A stretch of DNA of 64,000 bases from assembly GCA_031267755.1 (NCBI GenBank), contig JAIRYP010000004.1:10686-74685 (forward strand). Direction: 5' to 3'. The notes below the pieces were generated by a model, which worked only from the letters and a program-made list of their open reading frames with translations, was not told where the DNA came from and ran no database searches. This DNA is from Clostridiales bacterium. GTDB taxonomy: Bacteria; Bacillota; Clostridia; Monoglobales; JAIRYP01. Shown in pieces: positions 39,559 through 48,000 of the stretch; the first letter of the stretch is position 1; every line of letters begins with the position of its first letter. The translations under genes were made by a program, and so were the position numbers.

Positions 39559-41076
39559 ATGTTGAAAAAACTTTTTTTGTTAAAAGCTATAAGAGAATCA
39601 GGTTCAGCTGGTGCAGTACCAGCTGCAGCATCAGCTGCAGCATCAGCTGCAGGTGGTGTTGCAGCACCCGCGACAAAAGCGTTAACAGATACTCAAATTA
39701 CAACTATTACAAGTTTTGTTGCTCTGCCTGGCTCTGAACTATTACTTAAACGTTGGAATGATTTGGCAAAAACTGATCCAGCTGCTGCAAATGCTCAGTT
39801 ATTGAAAGATGCTACGCAATATAGTCTTAAATTAGGCGATGCCGAAGACGCTTCTCCATATTATGTAGTTGATGATTTAATCATTGCACAAGATGGAACT
39901 GTTGCAGGCGCGATTGTTGGAAATGAATTTAAGAGTTCAGATAAATCATCAGCTTTAGTTGTTAAGTTACCAACTGTTGATGAAGCGATTTTGCTAGGTG
40001 ATGATGCGAAACAACATTTGTCAAAATTAGGCGCTCCTATAACAGATGGTTCTCTATATAAAGCTGTTGATGCCTTTGTGAAAATTCCTGTCGATGAATT
40101 AAAATTAATTCAGGTTGAAATTGAAAAAGCTAAGGGTAAAACCGGTGCAGGCTTTTCAAATGAACTTTCTAAACTCAAACTTGAAGCACTTGTCAAGGCG
40201 CCGGCTGTAATTCCACCAGGAAAAGGTCCGGGCGATTCAGATCTATCAGCTCAACCACCAGGAAAAGGTCCGGGCGATTCAGATCTATCAGCTCAACCAC
40301 AAACTCTTGAACAAGTAAATGCTGAAATAGCAAGAATTGATTCTGAAATTGATGCTTTTCACAAAAGAATTGTGTCTGAAGGAACGTTTAATGTCGCAGC
40401 TTTGATTCAGAATCAAAAAGATTTTTTCGAAGTTGTTGATAAACCATATGATTCTTCAGTTGCATTGTTAGCTTTGGTGGTTGCTTCTTCAGCACTGGAA
40501 ATGAAAGACAAAAAAGTTGATGGCAAGGATCAAAAACTTATTAGTGTTGCTGACGCTCGTAAACTTAGAGCTATTCTTTCAGATGCAAAGAGTGATCCAA
40601 AAAAACTCGAGGCATATGGGAAACTTTTGAAAGAAGGTAAGGTAAAAGAGGCTGCTGCACTCATTACGGGCGACACTCATGATAATGCTATTGTACGTTT
40701 CATTATAGCAATTGGTTCTGCAATTGCAGGTGTGTTAGGACTTTGTGCCGAGAGAAGAAATTGGGAGATAATTAAAAAAGAGATTGTTGAAGCTTCTAAA
40801 GTAAAAGAAGTTACATTTAAAGTAGAACCATCCGATAAAGTTTATTCCATTTTTACTCCAAAACCAGAAGATGTTAAAGAACTGCAAGTAAAGACAAGAG
40901 AAAAAGAAGAACTTTCTAAAATTGCGCAAAAATTAGGAAGCGGTAAGGCATCGGGTGCTGATGCAGCAAAAGCCCCAACAGTAAAGCCTGCTGATGCAGC
41001 AAAAACCACAGCAAAGCCTGCGGGGGGTGCTGATGCAACAAAAACCACAGCAAAGCCTGCTGCTAATGGTAAATAA
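39559..41076 (+). CDS. orphan Ala/Lys/Pro-rich protein with one hydrophobic helix, internal tandem repeats and one copy of the giant-protein module
   Basis: The track start at 39550 directly abuts GGAGG, whereas the ATG at 39559 has 9-nt spacing. Features in track numbering: (AAAS)n near the N-terminus, the module at aa 45-125, PPGKGPGDSDLSAQ twice, a hydrophobic helix at aa ~380-400, and a C-terminal tail made of three imperfect ADA(A/T)K-x(2,3)-KPA units. Confidence 0.75.
   Translation: MLKKLFLLKAIRESGSAGAVPAAASAAASAAGGVAAPATKALTDTQITTITSFVALPGSELLLKRWNDLAKTDPAAANAQLLKDATQYSLKLGDAEDASPYYVVDDLIIAQDGTVAGAIVGNEFKSSDKSSALVVKLPTVDEAILLGDDAKQHLSKLGAPITDGSLYKAVDAFVKIPVDELKLIQVEIEKAKGKTGAGFSNELSKLKLEALVKAPAVIPPGKGPGDSDLSAQPPGKGPGDSDLSAQPQTLEQVNAEIARIDSEIDAFHKRIVSEGTFNVAALIQNQKDFFEVVDKPYDSSVALLALVVASSALEMKDKKVDGKDQKLISVADARKLRAILSDAKSDPKKLEAYGKLLKEGKVKEAAALITGDTHDNAIVRFIIAIGSAIAGVLGLCAERRNWEIIKKEIVEASKVKEVTFKVEPSDKVYSIFTPKPEDVKELQVKTREKEELSKIAQKLGSGKASGADAAKAPTVKPADAAKTTAKPAGGADATKTTAKPAANGK
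40213..40296 (+). repeat. perfect 42-bp tandem duplication inside the 508-aa ORF
   Basis: ccaccaggaaaaggtccgggcgattcagatctatcagctcaa occurs at 40213-40254 and again, identical, at 40255-40296. It is followed by ccac, the start of a third unit. The repeat is in frame (14 aa). Confidence 0.95.
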
Positions 41077-41094
41077 TTAAGATTTTAAATTTTA

Positions 41095-41132
41095 AATAAT
41101 CCAAGGCGTGAAAACGTCATGGATTATTTTTT
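41095..41132 (+). terminator. rho-independent terminator of the 508-aa gene
   Basis: AATAATCCA-aggcgtgaaaacgtca-TGGATTATT is followed by a T run, 19 nt after the stop codon. Confidence 0.75.
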
Positions 41133-41516
41133 ATGAATTAGATAATTTAATTGAATTTATGTTTTTAATAATTAACAAATTTAAAAAATAAAAAATGTTT
41201 CTATTAATTAAAATCTAAAAGTTTAATTAGAACTTGGGATTTTAAAAAGTTAATTTTAAATTAAATTTTGTTTGAAAAATAAATAAAGTTTATTTAAATA
41301 AAAATTTACCGTGATACAAATAGGGATGGCGTGGCAAAATGTTATGATAAATATAAAAAGAAGGCCAAAAGCAAAAATTAAATTGATATTAAAACTTGAT
41401 AAATATCAAAATTTTGGTTCTAACCTGATATTACAAACAGGAAATTGTTTCGCAAAATTTTATTATTTGTGATCAAAAAAAGTTTAGGTGTATAAAAATT
41501 AAAATTTTAAATTTTA

Positions 41517-41555
41517 AATAATCCAAAGCGTGAAAGTATCATGGATTATTTTTTT
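41517..41555 (+). terminator. second, near-identical copy of the same terminator, with no gene in front of it
   Basis: AATAATCCA-aagcgtgaaagtatca-TGGATTATT is followed by a T run. The ~50-nt block including the upstream aaattttaaattttaaat is repeated from 41081-41132. Confidence 0.7.
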
Positions 41556-41656
41556 GGAAAAAATGAATTTGAAAATTTTATTAATTTTTATTTAAATTAA
41601 TTTTAAAGAAAAATTATTTTAATACAGATTGTTTATGTGAAAAATCGAGGTTTTTT

Positions 41657-43354
41657 ATGTCTTTTAGATCGTTATATAGAAAATTTAGACCATCAACATT
41701 TGAAGAAATTGTTGGACAATCGCACGTGATCAAAAGTTTAAAAAACTCTATTAATTTTGAAAGAATTTCTCATGCATATTTATTTTGCGGTTCAAGAGGT
41801 ACTGGCAAAACTACAGTAGCAAGAATCTTTTCAAGAGCTGTAAATTGTGAAAAAACATGTGAAGGAAATCCTTGTAATGAATGTAAAACATGTCTTGCAA
41901 TATTAAACGAAAAAATTTTTGATGTTTATGAAATGGATGCAGCGAGCAATAATGGTGTTGACAATATTAGAAAAATAAATGATGAAATTTTATATAGAAC
42001 ATTTCAAACTAAGCATAAAATTTATATAATAGATGAAGTCCATATGCTATCTTCCGGTGCTTTTAATGCGCTTTTGAAAACTCTTGAGGAGCCGCCAGAG
42101 AATGTTGTGTTTATTTTGGCAACTACTGAGTGTCATAAAATTCCGGAAACAATAATTTCAAGATGTCAAAGGTTTGACTTTAAAAGAATTAAAACTGCAG
42201 AAATTGTGGCAAATATCGAAAGAATAGCAAAATTTGAAAATATCAATATAACGTTTGATGCAATTTGGATGATTTCTGAAATTTCAGATGGCTCAATGAG
42301 AGATGCTCTTAATTATTTGGACGTGTGCATGGTAGCAGGATGTGAAGTGACATATGATTATGTAGTAGAAATTTTTGGTTCGATAGATAAAAAATTCATT
42401 TTTAAAATGACTCAAGATATAAAAAATAAGGATATTAAAAATGTTTTAAAAACAAGTTATGAACTTTTAGATTTAGGAAAAGACTCGAGTAGGATTTTTG
42501 AATCAATTTTATCTTTTTTCGAAAATATCTTACATTATAAAACGATAGGTAATGCTAATGAAGTGATTCAAGATGGTTTGAGTACGTCCGAAAGATGTGC
42601 ATTTTTTGCAAAGGAGTTTTCTTTTCAAGAAATTTCCGAAACGATAAATATTTTAAACGAATATTTTTTATTATTAAACAGTAGCAAAAATTCTTCTCTT
42701 GCCTTGACTGCTGCTCTTATTAGAATATGCAGCAAAAAAAAATCATATGAAATTTTAGAAAAGAACTTTTGTGAGCTTGAAAAAGAAATTTTAAAAATTA
42801 AAAAAAATATTGAAATTGTTTTAAATAATAAAAATTTTAATGATGAAATATTAGATAATAATAAAAGGAACGAATGTGTTTCGAATTTTGAAAAAAGTTT
42901 TTTAAATGATATGGATTGTGAAGAAATGAATAAAAAAAATGAAAATTACGAAGAGAATGTTTTTAACATAACAGAAAATAAAAATTTTTGCGAAGGAGAA
43001 GTTTTGGAAAAAAATTTGAATGAAACAGCAGAACATAATAACTCTGGTGATTTGTGGAGTAGATTGCTTGAAAAAATAAGAAGTGAAAGTAAAAAACTTT
43101 TTAAAATTTTATATTCAGCAAAAGTGCAAATGCGAGATAATAAAATTATAATTTATTTAAGAGGTTTGGATTATATTAAAGTCAACACTTCAAAAGGAAA
43201 AAAATATCTTCGTGATGTTATTAGTGAAATTTCTTCAGAAGATTTTGAAGTGATAATAAATGATACAGAAGTAGATGGGAATAAAAACGAATCTTTAAAT
43301 GAAATTTTGAGCTTTAAGGATAAACTTCCGGGAGTAATGATGATTGAAGAATGA
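41657..43354 (+). CDS. dnaX: DNA polymerase III subunits gamma/tau
   Basis: Contains HAYLFCGSRGTGKTT (Walker A), a CxxC zinc module, IIDEVHMLS and SRCQRFDF. Confidence 0.95.
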   Translation: MSFRSLYRKFRPSTFEEIVGQSHVIKSLKNSINFERISHAYLFCGSRGTGKTTVARIFSRAVNCEKTCEGNPCNECKTCLAILNEKIFDVYEMDAASNNGVDNIRKINDEILYRTFQTKHKIYIIDEVHMLSSGAFNALLKTLEEPPENVVFILATTECHKIPETIISRCQRFDFKRIKTAEIVANIERIAKFENINITFDAIWMISEISDGSMRDALNYLDVCMVAGCEVTYDYVVEIFGSIDKKFIFKMTQDIKNKDIKNVLKTSYELLDLGKDSSRIFESILSFFENILHYKTIGNANEVIQDGLSTSERCAFFAKEFSFQEISETINILNEYFLLLNSSKNSSLALTAALIRICSKKKSYEILEKNFCELEKEILKIKKNIEIVLNNKNFNDEILDNNKRNECVSNFEKSFLNDMDCEEMNKKNENYEENVFNITENKNFCEGEVLEKNLNETAEHNNSGDLWSRLLEKIRSESKKLFKILYSAKVQMRDNKIIIYLRGLDYIKVNTSKGKKYLRDVISEISSEDFEVIINDTEVDGNKNESLNEILSFKDKLPGVMMIEE

Positions 43355-43389
43355 GAAAAATTAATTTATATAAATGAAAAGGAGATAAT

Positions 43390-43722
43390 ATGGGTGGTTT
43401 TTTTGGAAAAATAAAAGATATGGGTGGCATGATTAAGCAAGCTCAAGAAATGCAAAATAAGATAACTGAAATTAAATCTGAACTTGAGGAGAAAGAATAT
43501 GTTGGAACAAGTGGTGCAGGTGCAGTAGTTGTGGTGGCAACCGGAAAGATGAAAATTACAAAAATTGAAATTTCTCCCGAAACAATAAAAAACAACGATA
43601 AAGAAACACTTGAAGATTTAATTATGATCGCTATAAATAATGCTTTGGTTAAATCTAGCGAGGATATTGCGACTAAAATTGGCGCAGTTACAGGTGGTTT
43701 AAATATTCCAGGATTGATGTGA
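43390..43722 (+). CDS. ybaB: nucleoid-associated protein YbaB/EbfC
   Basis: A 110-aa protein. MIKQAQEMQNKI, GAGAVVVVATG and LEDLIMIAINNA match the family pattern. It sits in the canonical position after dnaX. Confidence 0.9.
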   Translation: MGGFFGKIKDMGGMIKQAQEMQNKITEIKSELEEKEYVGTSGAGAVVVVATGKMKITKIEISPETIKNNDKETLEDLIMIAINNALVKSSEDIATKIGAVTGGLNIPGLM

Positions 43723-43870
43723 ATAAATTAGAGATAAAATAAGAAAAAAATAAATAAAATTTTGATTGTGATAAATGAAAAAGGGTACGGAGAAAGTTGA
43801 AAGTGAAATTTTCTTTATAGATTTATAAGAGTGTTTTGGAAGTCAAAAAATAGAAAACAGTTATGAAAAT

Positions 43871-43945
43871 TGGTGACTCGTGGGGGAATTGAACCCCCGG
43901 TATCGCCGTGAGAGGGCGATGTCTTAACCTCTTGACCAACGAGCC
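43871..43945 (-). tRNA. tRNA-Glu (anticodon CTC)
   Basis: The reverse complement is GGCTCGTTGGTCAAGAGGTTAAGACATCGCCCTCTCACGGCGATACCGGGGGTTCAATTCCCCCACGAGTCACCA. The anticodon stem is TCGCC/GGCGA and the loop is CTCTCAC. Confidence 0.8.
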
Positions 43946-44082
43946 TAATTGCCAGGATAAAAAAATCTAAGCATATAAAAATAATTAAAACTTAAGTTTA
44001 AAAATTTTTAAACTGTTAAAGAGCATTATTTATGCTTTTATTTTGTTTGTCAAATGTATTTTAATTTTGTTAAAAAATAAAA

Positions 44083-45066
44083 TTAAAAATAGAAATTTAT
44101 GTTTTCCAAATTATTTATACCATTCGAGATATTAAACAAAATTTCCTCTACTTCATATATAACTTTCATTTTATTTATTTTTTCCTTTAAAGAATTGTTT
44201 AATTTTATTCCTTTTAAATACCAAAACAAATGCTTTCTAAATTCTCTTATCCCTCTTTTTTCTCCTTTATATTTAAGTAAAAATTTAGCGTGTTCTAAAG
44301 AAATATTTAATTTTTCTGTTAAAGTAGGCTTTTTGAGTTTTTTTTTATATTTCAAATAATAATTAATTTCTCTAAATATCCAAGGATTACCTCTTGAAGC
44401 GCGCCCGATCATTATTGCATCACATTTTGTTTTTTTAATGAAATTTTCGGCTGATTCTTCGTCAATTATATCTCCGTTTCCAATAATAGGAATTTTTACA
44501 TTTTCTTTTATTTTTTTTATTATTCCTAAATCAACTTGTCCCTTAAAAAATTGTTCCCTGGTTCTTCCATGAACTATGATCGCTGTTGAACCACTTTCTT
44601 CTAATATTTTAGAAAATTCCACAGCATTCGTTAAATTTTCATTCCAACCATTTCTAATTTTAACTGAGACTGGAACATCCGATACCTTTACTACAGCTTT
44701 TACAATTTCTTCCGCTAATTTTGGTTCTTTCATCAAATAACATCCGTCTTTATTTTTAACGATTTTAGGTGCCGGACATCCCATATTTATATTTATAAAT
44801 TTTGCTTTACCGTTTAATTTTTCGTAAGTAATTTTTTGCATTACTGTTGGATTGTGACCAAAAATTTGAATTCCAACCATGCCTTCTTGATTTGATATTT
44901 CCAAATATTCTTCAGTTTTTTTATTGTTAAAAAACAAACCCTCACAGCTTACCATTTCAGTAAAACTGATAGCGGGCTCAAATTTTTTTGCAATAATTCG
45001 AAATGCTTTATCAGTAATTCCGGCCATTGGTGCAAGCCAAACGCTGTTTTTAAAAAGTTTTTCCAC
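44083..45066 (-). CDS. dusB: tRNA-dihydrouridine synthase
   Basis: Contains LAPMAGITD, NMGCPAPK (catalytic Cys), VSVKIR, VHGRT and MIGRA blocks. Confidence 0.9.
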   Translation of the reverse strand: MEKLFKNSVWLAPMAGITDKAFRIIAKKFEPAISFTEMVSCEGLFFNNKKTEEYLEISNQEGMVGIQIFGHNPTVMQKITYEKLNGKAKFININMGCPAPKIVKNKDGCYLMKEPKLAEEIVKAVVKVSDVPVSVKIRNGWNENLTNAVEFSKILEESGSTAIIVHGRTREQFFKGQVDLGIIKKIKENVKIPIIGNGDIIDEESAENFIKKTKCDAIMIGRASRGNPWIFREINYYLKYKKKLKKPTLTEKLNISLEHAKFLLKYKGEKRGIREFRKHLFWYLKGIKLNNSLKEKINKMKVIYEVEEILFNISNGINNLENINFYF

Positions 45067-45805
45067 TTGTTATGGTCCCAAATTGGTATATATTTTTCTT
45101 TTTCTTTTTTGTGATCAAAATAAATGTTTTTATGCTTAAATGAAGAAGTGAAATTTCTACAGGAAATAAAAAAATATTTTTTGCGGTTCTGAGCGAAAAC
45201 CACAAACAAATGTTTTCGTCTACGAAATGAGACAAACAAATAGAATTTGCAACTATATTAACGAATAAAGTTGTGCAAAACTTTGACAGAAAAATTCTCC
45301 AGAAAACAATATCTCTTTCATAAAAAAACATTCCATATATTATACCTGAAAACAAAGAATTTATAAATAGCATGGGAGTAAAAAAAACTTCTCGGGAAAA
45401 TACAAATCTCACAACTTCGTTGATTGCACAAAAAGCTCCTCCAATTACAGGCCCATAAAACATTGATACAAAAGCGTTTACTAAGAAATTTAAATGAAAT
45501 TCTATATCGTTACAAATTTCTATTACAAAATAAATTCTACTTAATATTAAATTTATAATTGACAATATGAGACAATTTATGATAAATTTTTTGTTTATAA
45601 AGTTTTTTAGTGAATGTCTGTAATTTTCTATGCAAAGCGCTAACAAAATTATTACAATTAATAATATCAAAAAATTTCCGTATTTTAAAAAAATCTTTAA
45701 AAAATTTTCTATAAAATTAAAGGCAGTGTACAAATTTTCCTTTAGAAATAAATAAGTATTTAAATAAAAGGATGAAATTACATCTGAAAAATTCGTACAA
45801 GACAC
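45050..45805 (-). CDS. ECF transporter S component, folate-family-like membrane protein
   Basis: NFLVNAFVSMFYGPVIGGAFCAINEVVRF, FSGIIYGMFFY, TTLFVNIVANSI and RTAKNIFLFPVEISLL are colinear with FolT-type S components as I remember them. The N-terminal extent is uncertain. Confidence 0.55.
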   Translation of the reverse strand: MSCTNFSDVISSFYLNTYLFLKENLYTAFNFIENFLKIFLKYGNFLILLIVIILLALCIENYRHSLKNFINKKFIINCLILSIINLILSRIYFVIEICNDIEFHLNFLVNAFVSMFYGPVIGGAFCAINEVVRFVFSREVFFTPMLFINSLFSGIIYGMFFYERDIVFWRIFLSKFCTTLFVNIVANSICLSHFVDENICLWFSLRTAKNIFLFPVEISLLHLSIKTFILITKKKKKNIYQFGTITSGKTF

Positions 45806-45854
45806 CTCACTTATTTATCGAAGTATAATACTAGTACAAAAATGCCTTAAACTT

Positions 45855-46631
45855 TTAGTCAAAAGTGTTAAAAAAACCGCTTGCTTTAGATTTAATTATT
45901 TCAATTTTTGGAAATTTTTTGGTTAAAAAATCAAACATAAAATCACAAAATAAATTTTCTGTTTCAAAATGTCCGGCATCTATGATGTTTAAATTAAGTT
46001 CAGAAGCCAATATGGCATCATGATGTCTAATATCAGATGTTAAATAAACGTCTGTTCCAATTGAGAAAATATTTTCTATAAAATTTGCTCCTGAACCACT
46101 GCACACAGCAACTTTTTTTATTTTTGAGTCTTTGTTGCCTATAAATCTGAGCGCTTTGCAATTTAAAATTTTTTTTATGTGTTTAGCGAAATCTTCTAAA
46201 GTTTTTTCATTTTCAAGTATACCAATTCTTCCGATAAAAGAATTATACTTTTTTATATCTTTTAAACCAATCTTTTTTGCCAATATATCATTTAAACCTT
46301 TATCTGCAATGTCAAAATTTGTATGAGCGCAATAAAAAGAAGTCTTGTTCTCAATAAGTTTAATAATGGCATAGCACTTATAATCGGTGTCTACAATTTT
46401 TTTAATAGGGGTAAAAATAATAGGATGGTGTGAAATAATTAAATCTGCACTGTAATCTAGCGCGTCTGAAATATTTTGTTTTGTTGCTTCTAGGCATAAA
46501 AATATTTTTTTGATATTAGCGTTTTTAGAACCAATTAGCAATCCCGTATTATCGAATTCCATTGCAAGACCAATGGGAAACAAATTTTCAATCTCTTTTA
46601 TTATGTTGTGACAATTTACGTCTGACATCAC
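45855..46631 (-). CDS. Nif3-like dinuclear metal center protein
   Basis: Contains LIISHHPIIF, HTNFD and a C-terminal GHFETE block. 258 aa. Confidence 0.85.
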   Translation of the reverse strand: MMSDVNCHNIIKEIENLFPIGLAMEFDNTGLLIGSKNANIKKIFLCLEATKQNISDALDYSADLIISHHPIIFTPIKKIVDTDYKCYAIIKLIENKTSFYCAHTNFDIADKGLNDILAKKIGLKDIKKYNSFIGRIGILENEKTLEDFAKHIKKILNCKALRFIGNKDSKIKKVAVCSGSGANFIENIFSIGTDVYLTSDIRHHDAILASELNLNIIDAGHFETENLFCDFMFDFLTKKFPKIEIIKSKASGFFNTFD

Positions 46632-46735
46632 TAATCCTTATTTTATTGCTTATTAAAATTAAAATTTTTAAAAAACGTGAATTTATAAAACTAAAAATTT
46701 TAATGCTTATTGACTGAACAAAAATTAAAACAATA

Positions 46736-46822
46736 TGGTACCGATGGCCGGATTCGAACCGGCACGATTGTAACATCGGCGGATTTTGAGTCCGCTACGT
46801 CTACCAATTCCATCACATCGGC
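46736..46822 (-). tRNA. tRNA-Leu (anticodon CAA)
   Basis: The reverse complement is GCCGATGTGATGGAATTGGTAGACGTAGCGGACTCAAAATCCGCCGATGTTACAATCGTGCCGGTTCGAATCCGGCCATCGGTACCA. It is a type II tRNA with a long variable arm. The anticodon loop is CTCAAAA. Confidence 0.88.
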
Positions 46823-46971
46823 GTCCCAACATCATAACATTAATTTAAAAATTTTTCATTATAAAATTTAGAAAATAATATAATTTAAAATTGAGAATAA
46901 AAGTTTAAAACTTTTGATAATTTTTGTTGTTTTTGTTTTTAAAAATATTTAAATATACAGAAATTTACTTA

Positions 46972-47436
46972 TTAATTATTATTCCACTTCCTGTTGTTAT
47001 TATAACCGCCATTGCTTCTTCCCTTTTTTTCAGCACGAACTCGAACAGATTTAAGCTTTTCTTCAGAGTCTGCTTTAAATTTATTAATTTGTTCGTCAAG
47101 TGTAATTGTTCTGTGGTATTTATTTTTTTTCTGAGCAGTTTTAATATTATTTGGTATTTCTCGACCATCTTTTTTCGGCAACATTCTTCTTAACGATATT
47201 TTACCATTATTAACTGATATTACTTCTACTATTATTCTATCACCTATCTTTAAATGATCATTAATGTTTTTCACATATCCGTTTGAAACTTCTGAAATAT
47301 GCACCATCCCAATTTGATTTTTACCAAATCTTACAAATACTCCGTAATCTTTGATTGCAATTACTTTTCCTTCATGAATAGAGCCTATAGCTATATTTGT
47401 TTCACTTGTGTTATTTTTTCCAACTATAAATTGCAT
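46972..47436 (-). CDS. yabR: S1-domain RNA-binding protein YabR
   Basis: Contains GSIHEGKVIAIKDYGVFVRF and GMVHISEV (S1 fold) plus a basic C-terminal tail. It sits downstream of divIC, as in Bacillus. Confidence 0.85.
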   Translation of the reverse strand: MQFIVGKNNTSETNIAIGSIHEGKVIAIKDYGVFVRFGKNQIGMVHISEVSNGYVKNINDHLKIGDRIIVEVISVNNGKISLRRMLPKKDGREIPNNIKTAQKKNKYHRTITLDEQINKFKADSEEKLKSVRVRAEKKGRSNGGYNNNRKWNNN

Positions 47437-47468
47437 ATGAACGTCCCCCTCAATTTTGGAGTTTTATA

Positions 47469-47783
47469 TTAAAACTCGTATTTCATCTTTGAAGAATCTC
47501 TAAAGATGCATTCATTTTTTTCTATTAAATTAAATTTTTCTTTTCCAATTTTTTTTAAGATGTCTAAATTATTAATATCAGATAATTTCCTATTTAATTT
47601 TTTTTGCTCAAGTTCTGCTTCCTTTATTTTTATTTCATATTTTGAAATTTCTTTTAAATTTTTTTTTATAAGAATACATTGAGTTATTATTTCGTAGCAA
47701 AAATATAAAGAAAAAATAATCAATAAGACATTTTTTAAAAATTTATAAAAATTGAAACTTCTTATAAAAATATTTTTTTTCAA
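47469..47783 (-). CDS. divIC: septum formation initiator (DivIC/FtsB family)
   Basis: 104 aa with a single N-terminal TM segment followed by a coiled coil and a C-terminal KEKFNLIEKNECIF block. Confidence 0.7.
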   Translation of the reverse strand: MKKNIFIRSFNFYKFLKNVLLIIFSLYFCYEIITQCILIKKNLKEISKYEIKIKEAELEQKKLNRKLSDINNLDILKKIGKEKFNLIEKNECIFRDSSKMKYEF

Positions 47784-48000
47784 ATGTTAACAACTCATCT
47801 TATTCTAAAATTTATTTTACTTTCTCGAAATTTATAATAAAAATTTTTAAATATAAGTCTTTTTATAAATTTTTGTTCTTTTTTATATTTTTTTGTTATG
47901 TGTCACGAAAATTGAAAGTTTTTTTAATAAAATTACTTAATTTAATGTTAAAAATAAAGATGTTATTATTAAATTTTTAAAATAAGTTAGTGTAATGAAA

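Noticed and set aside
41133-41656. An expected SRP (4.5S/scRNA) gene upstream of dnaX.
   Set aside because: I read the interval on both strands and found none of the GC-rich conserved helix-8 type sequence. The DNA is almost pure AT apart from the duplicated terminator.
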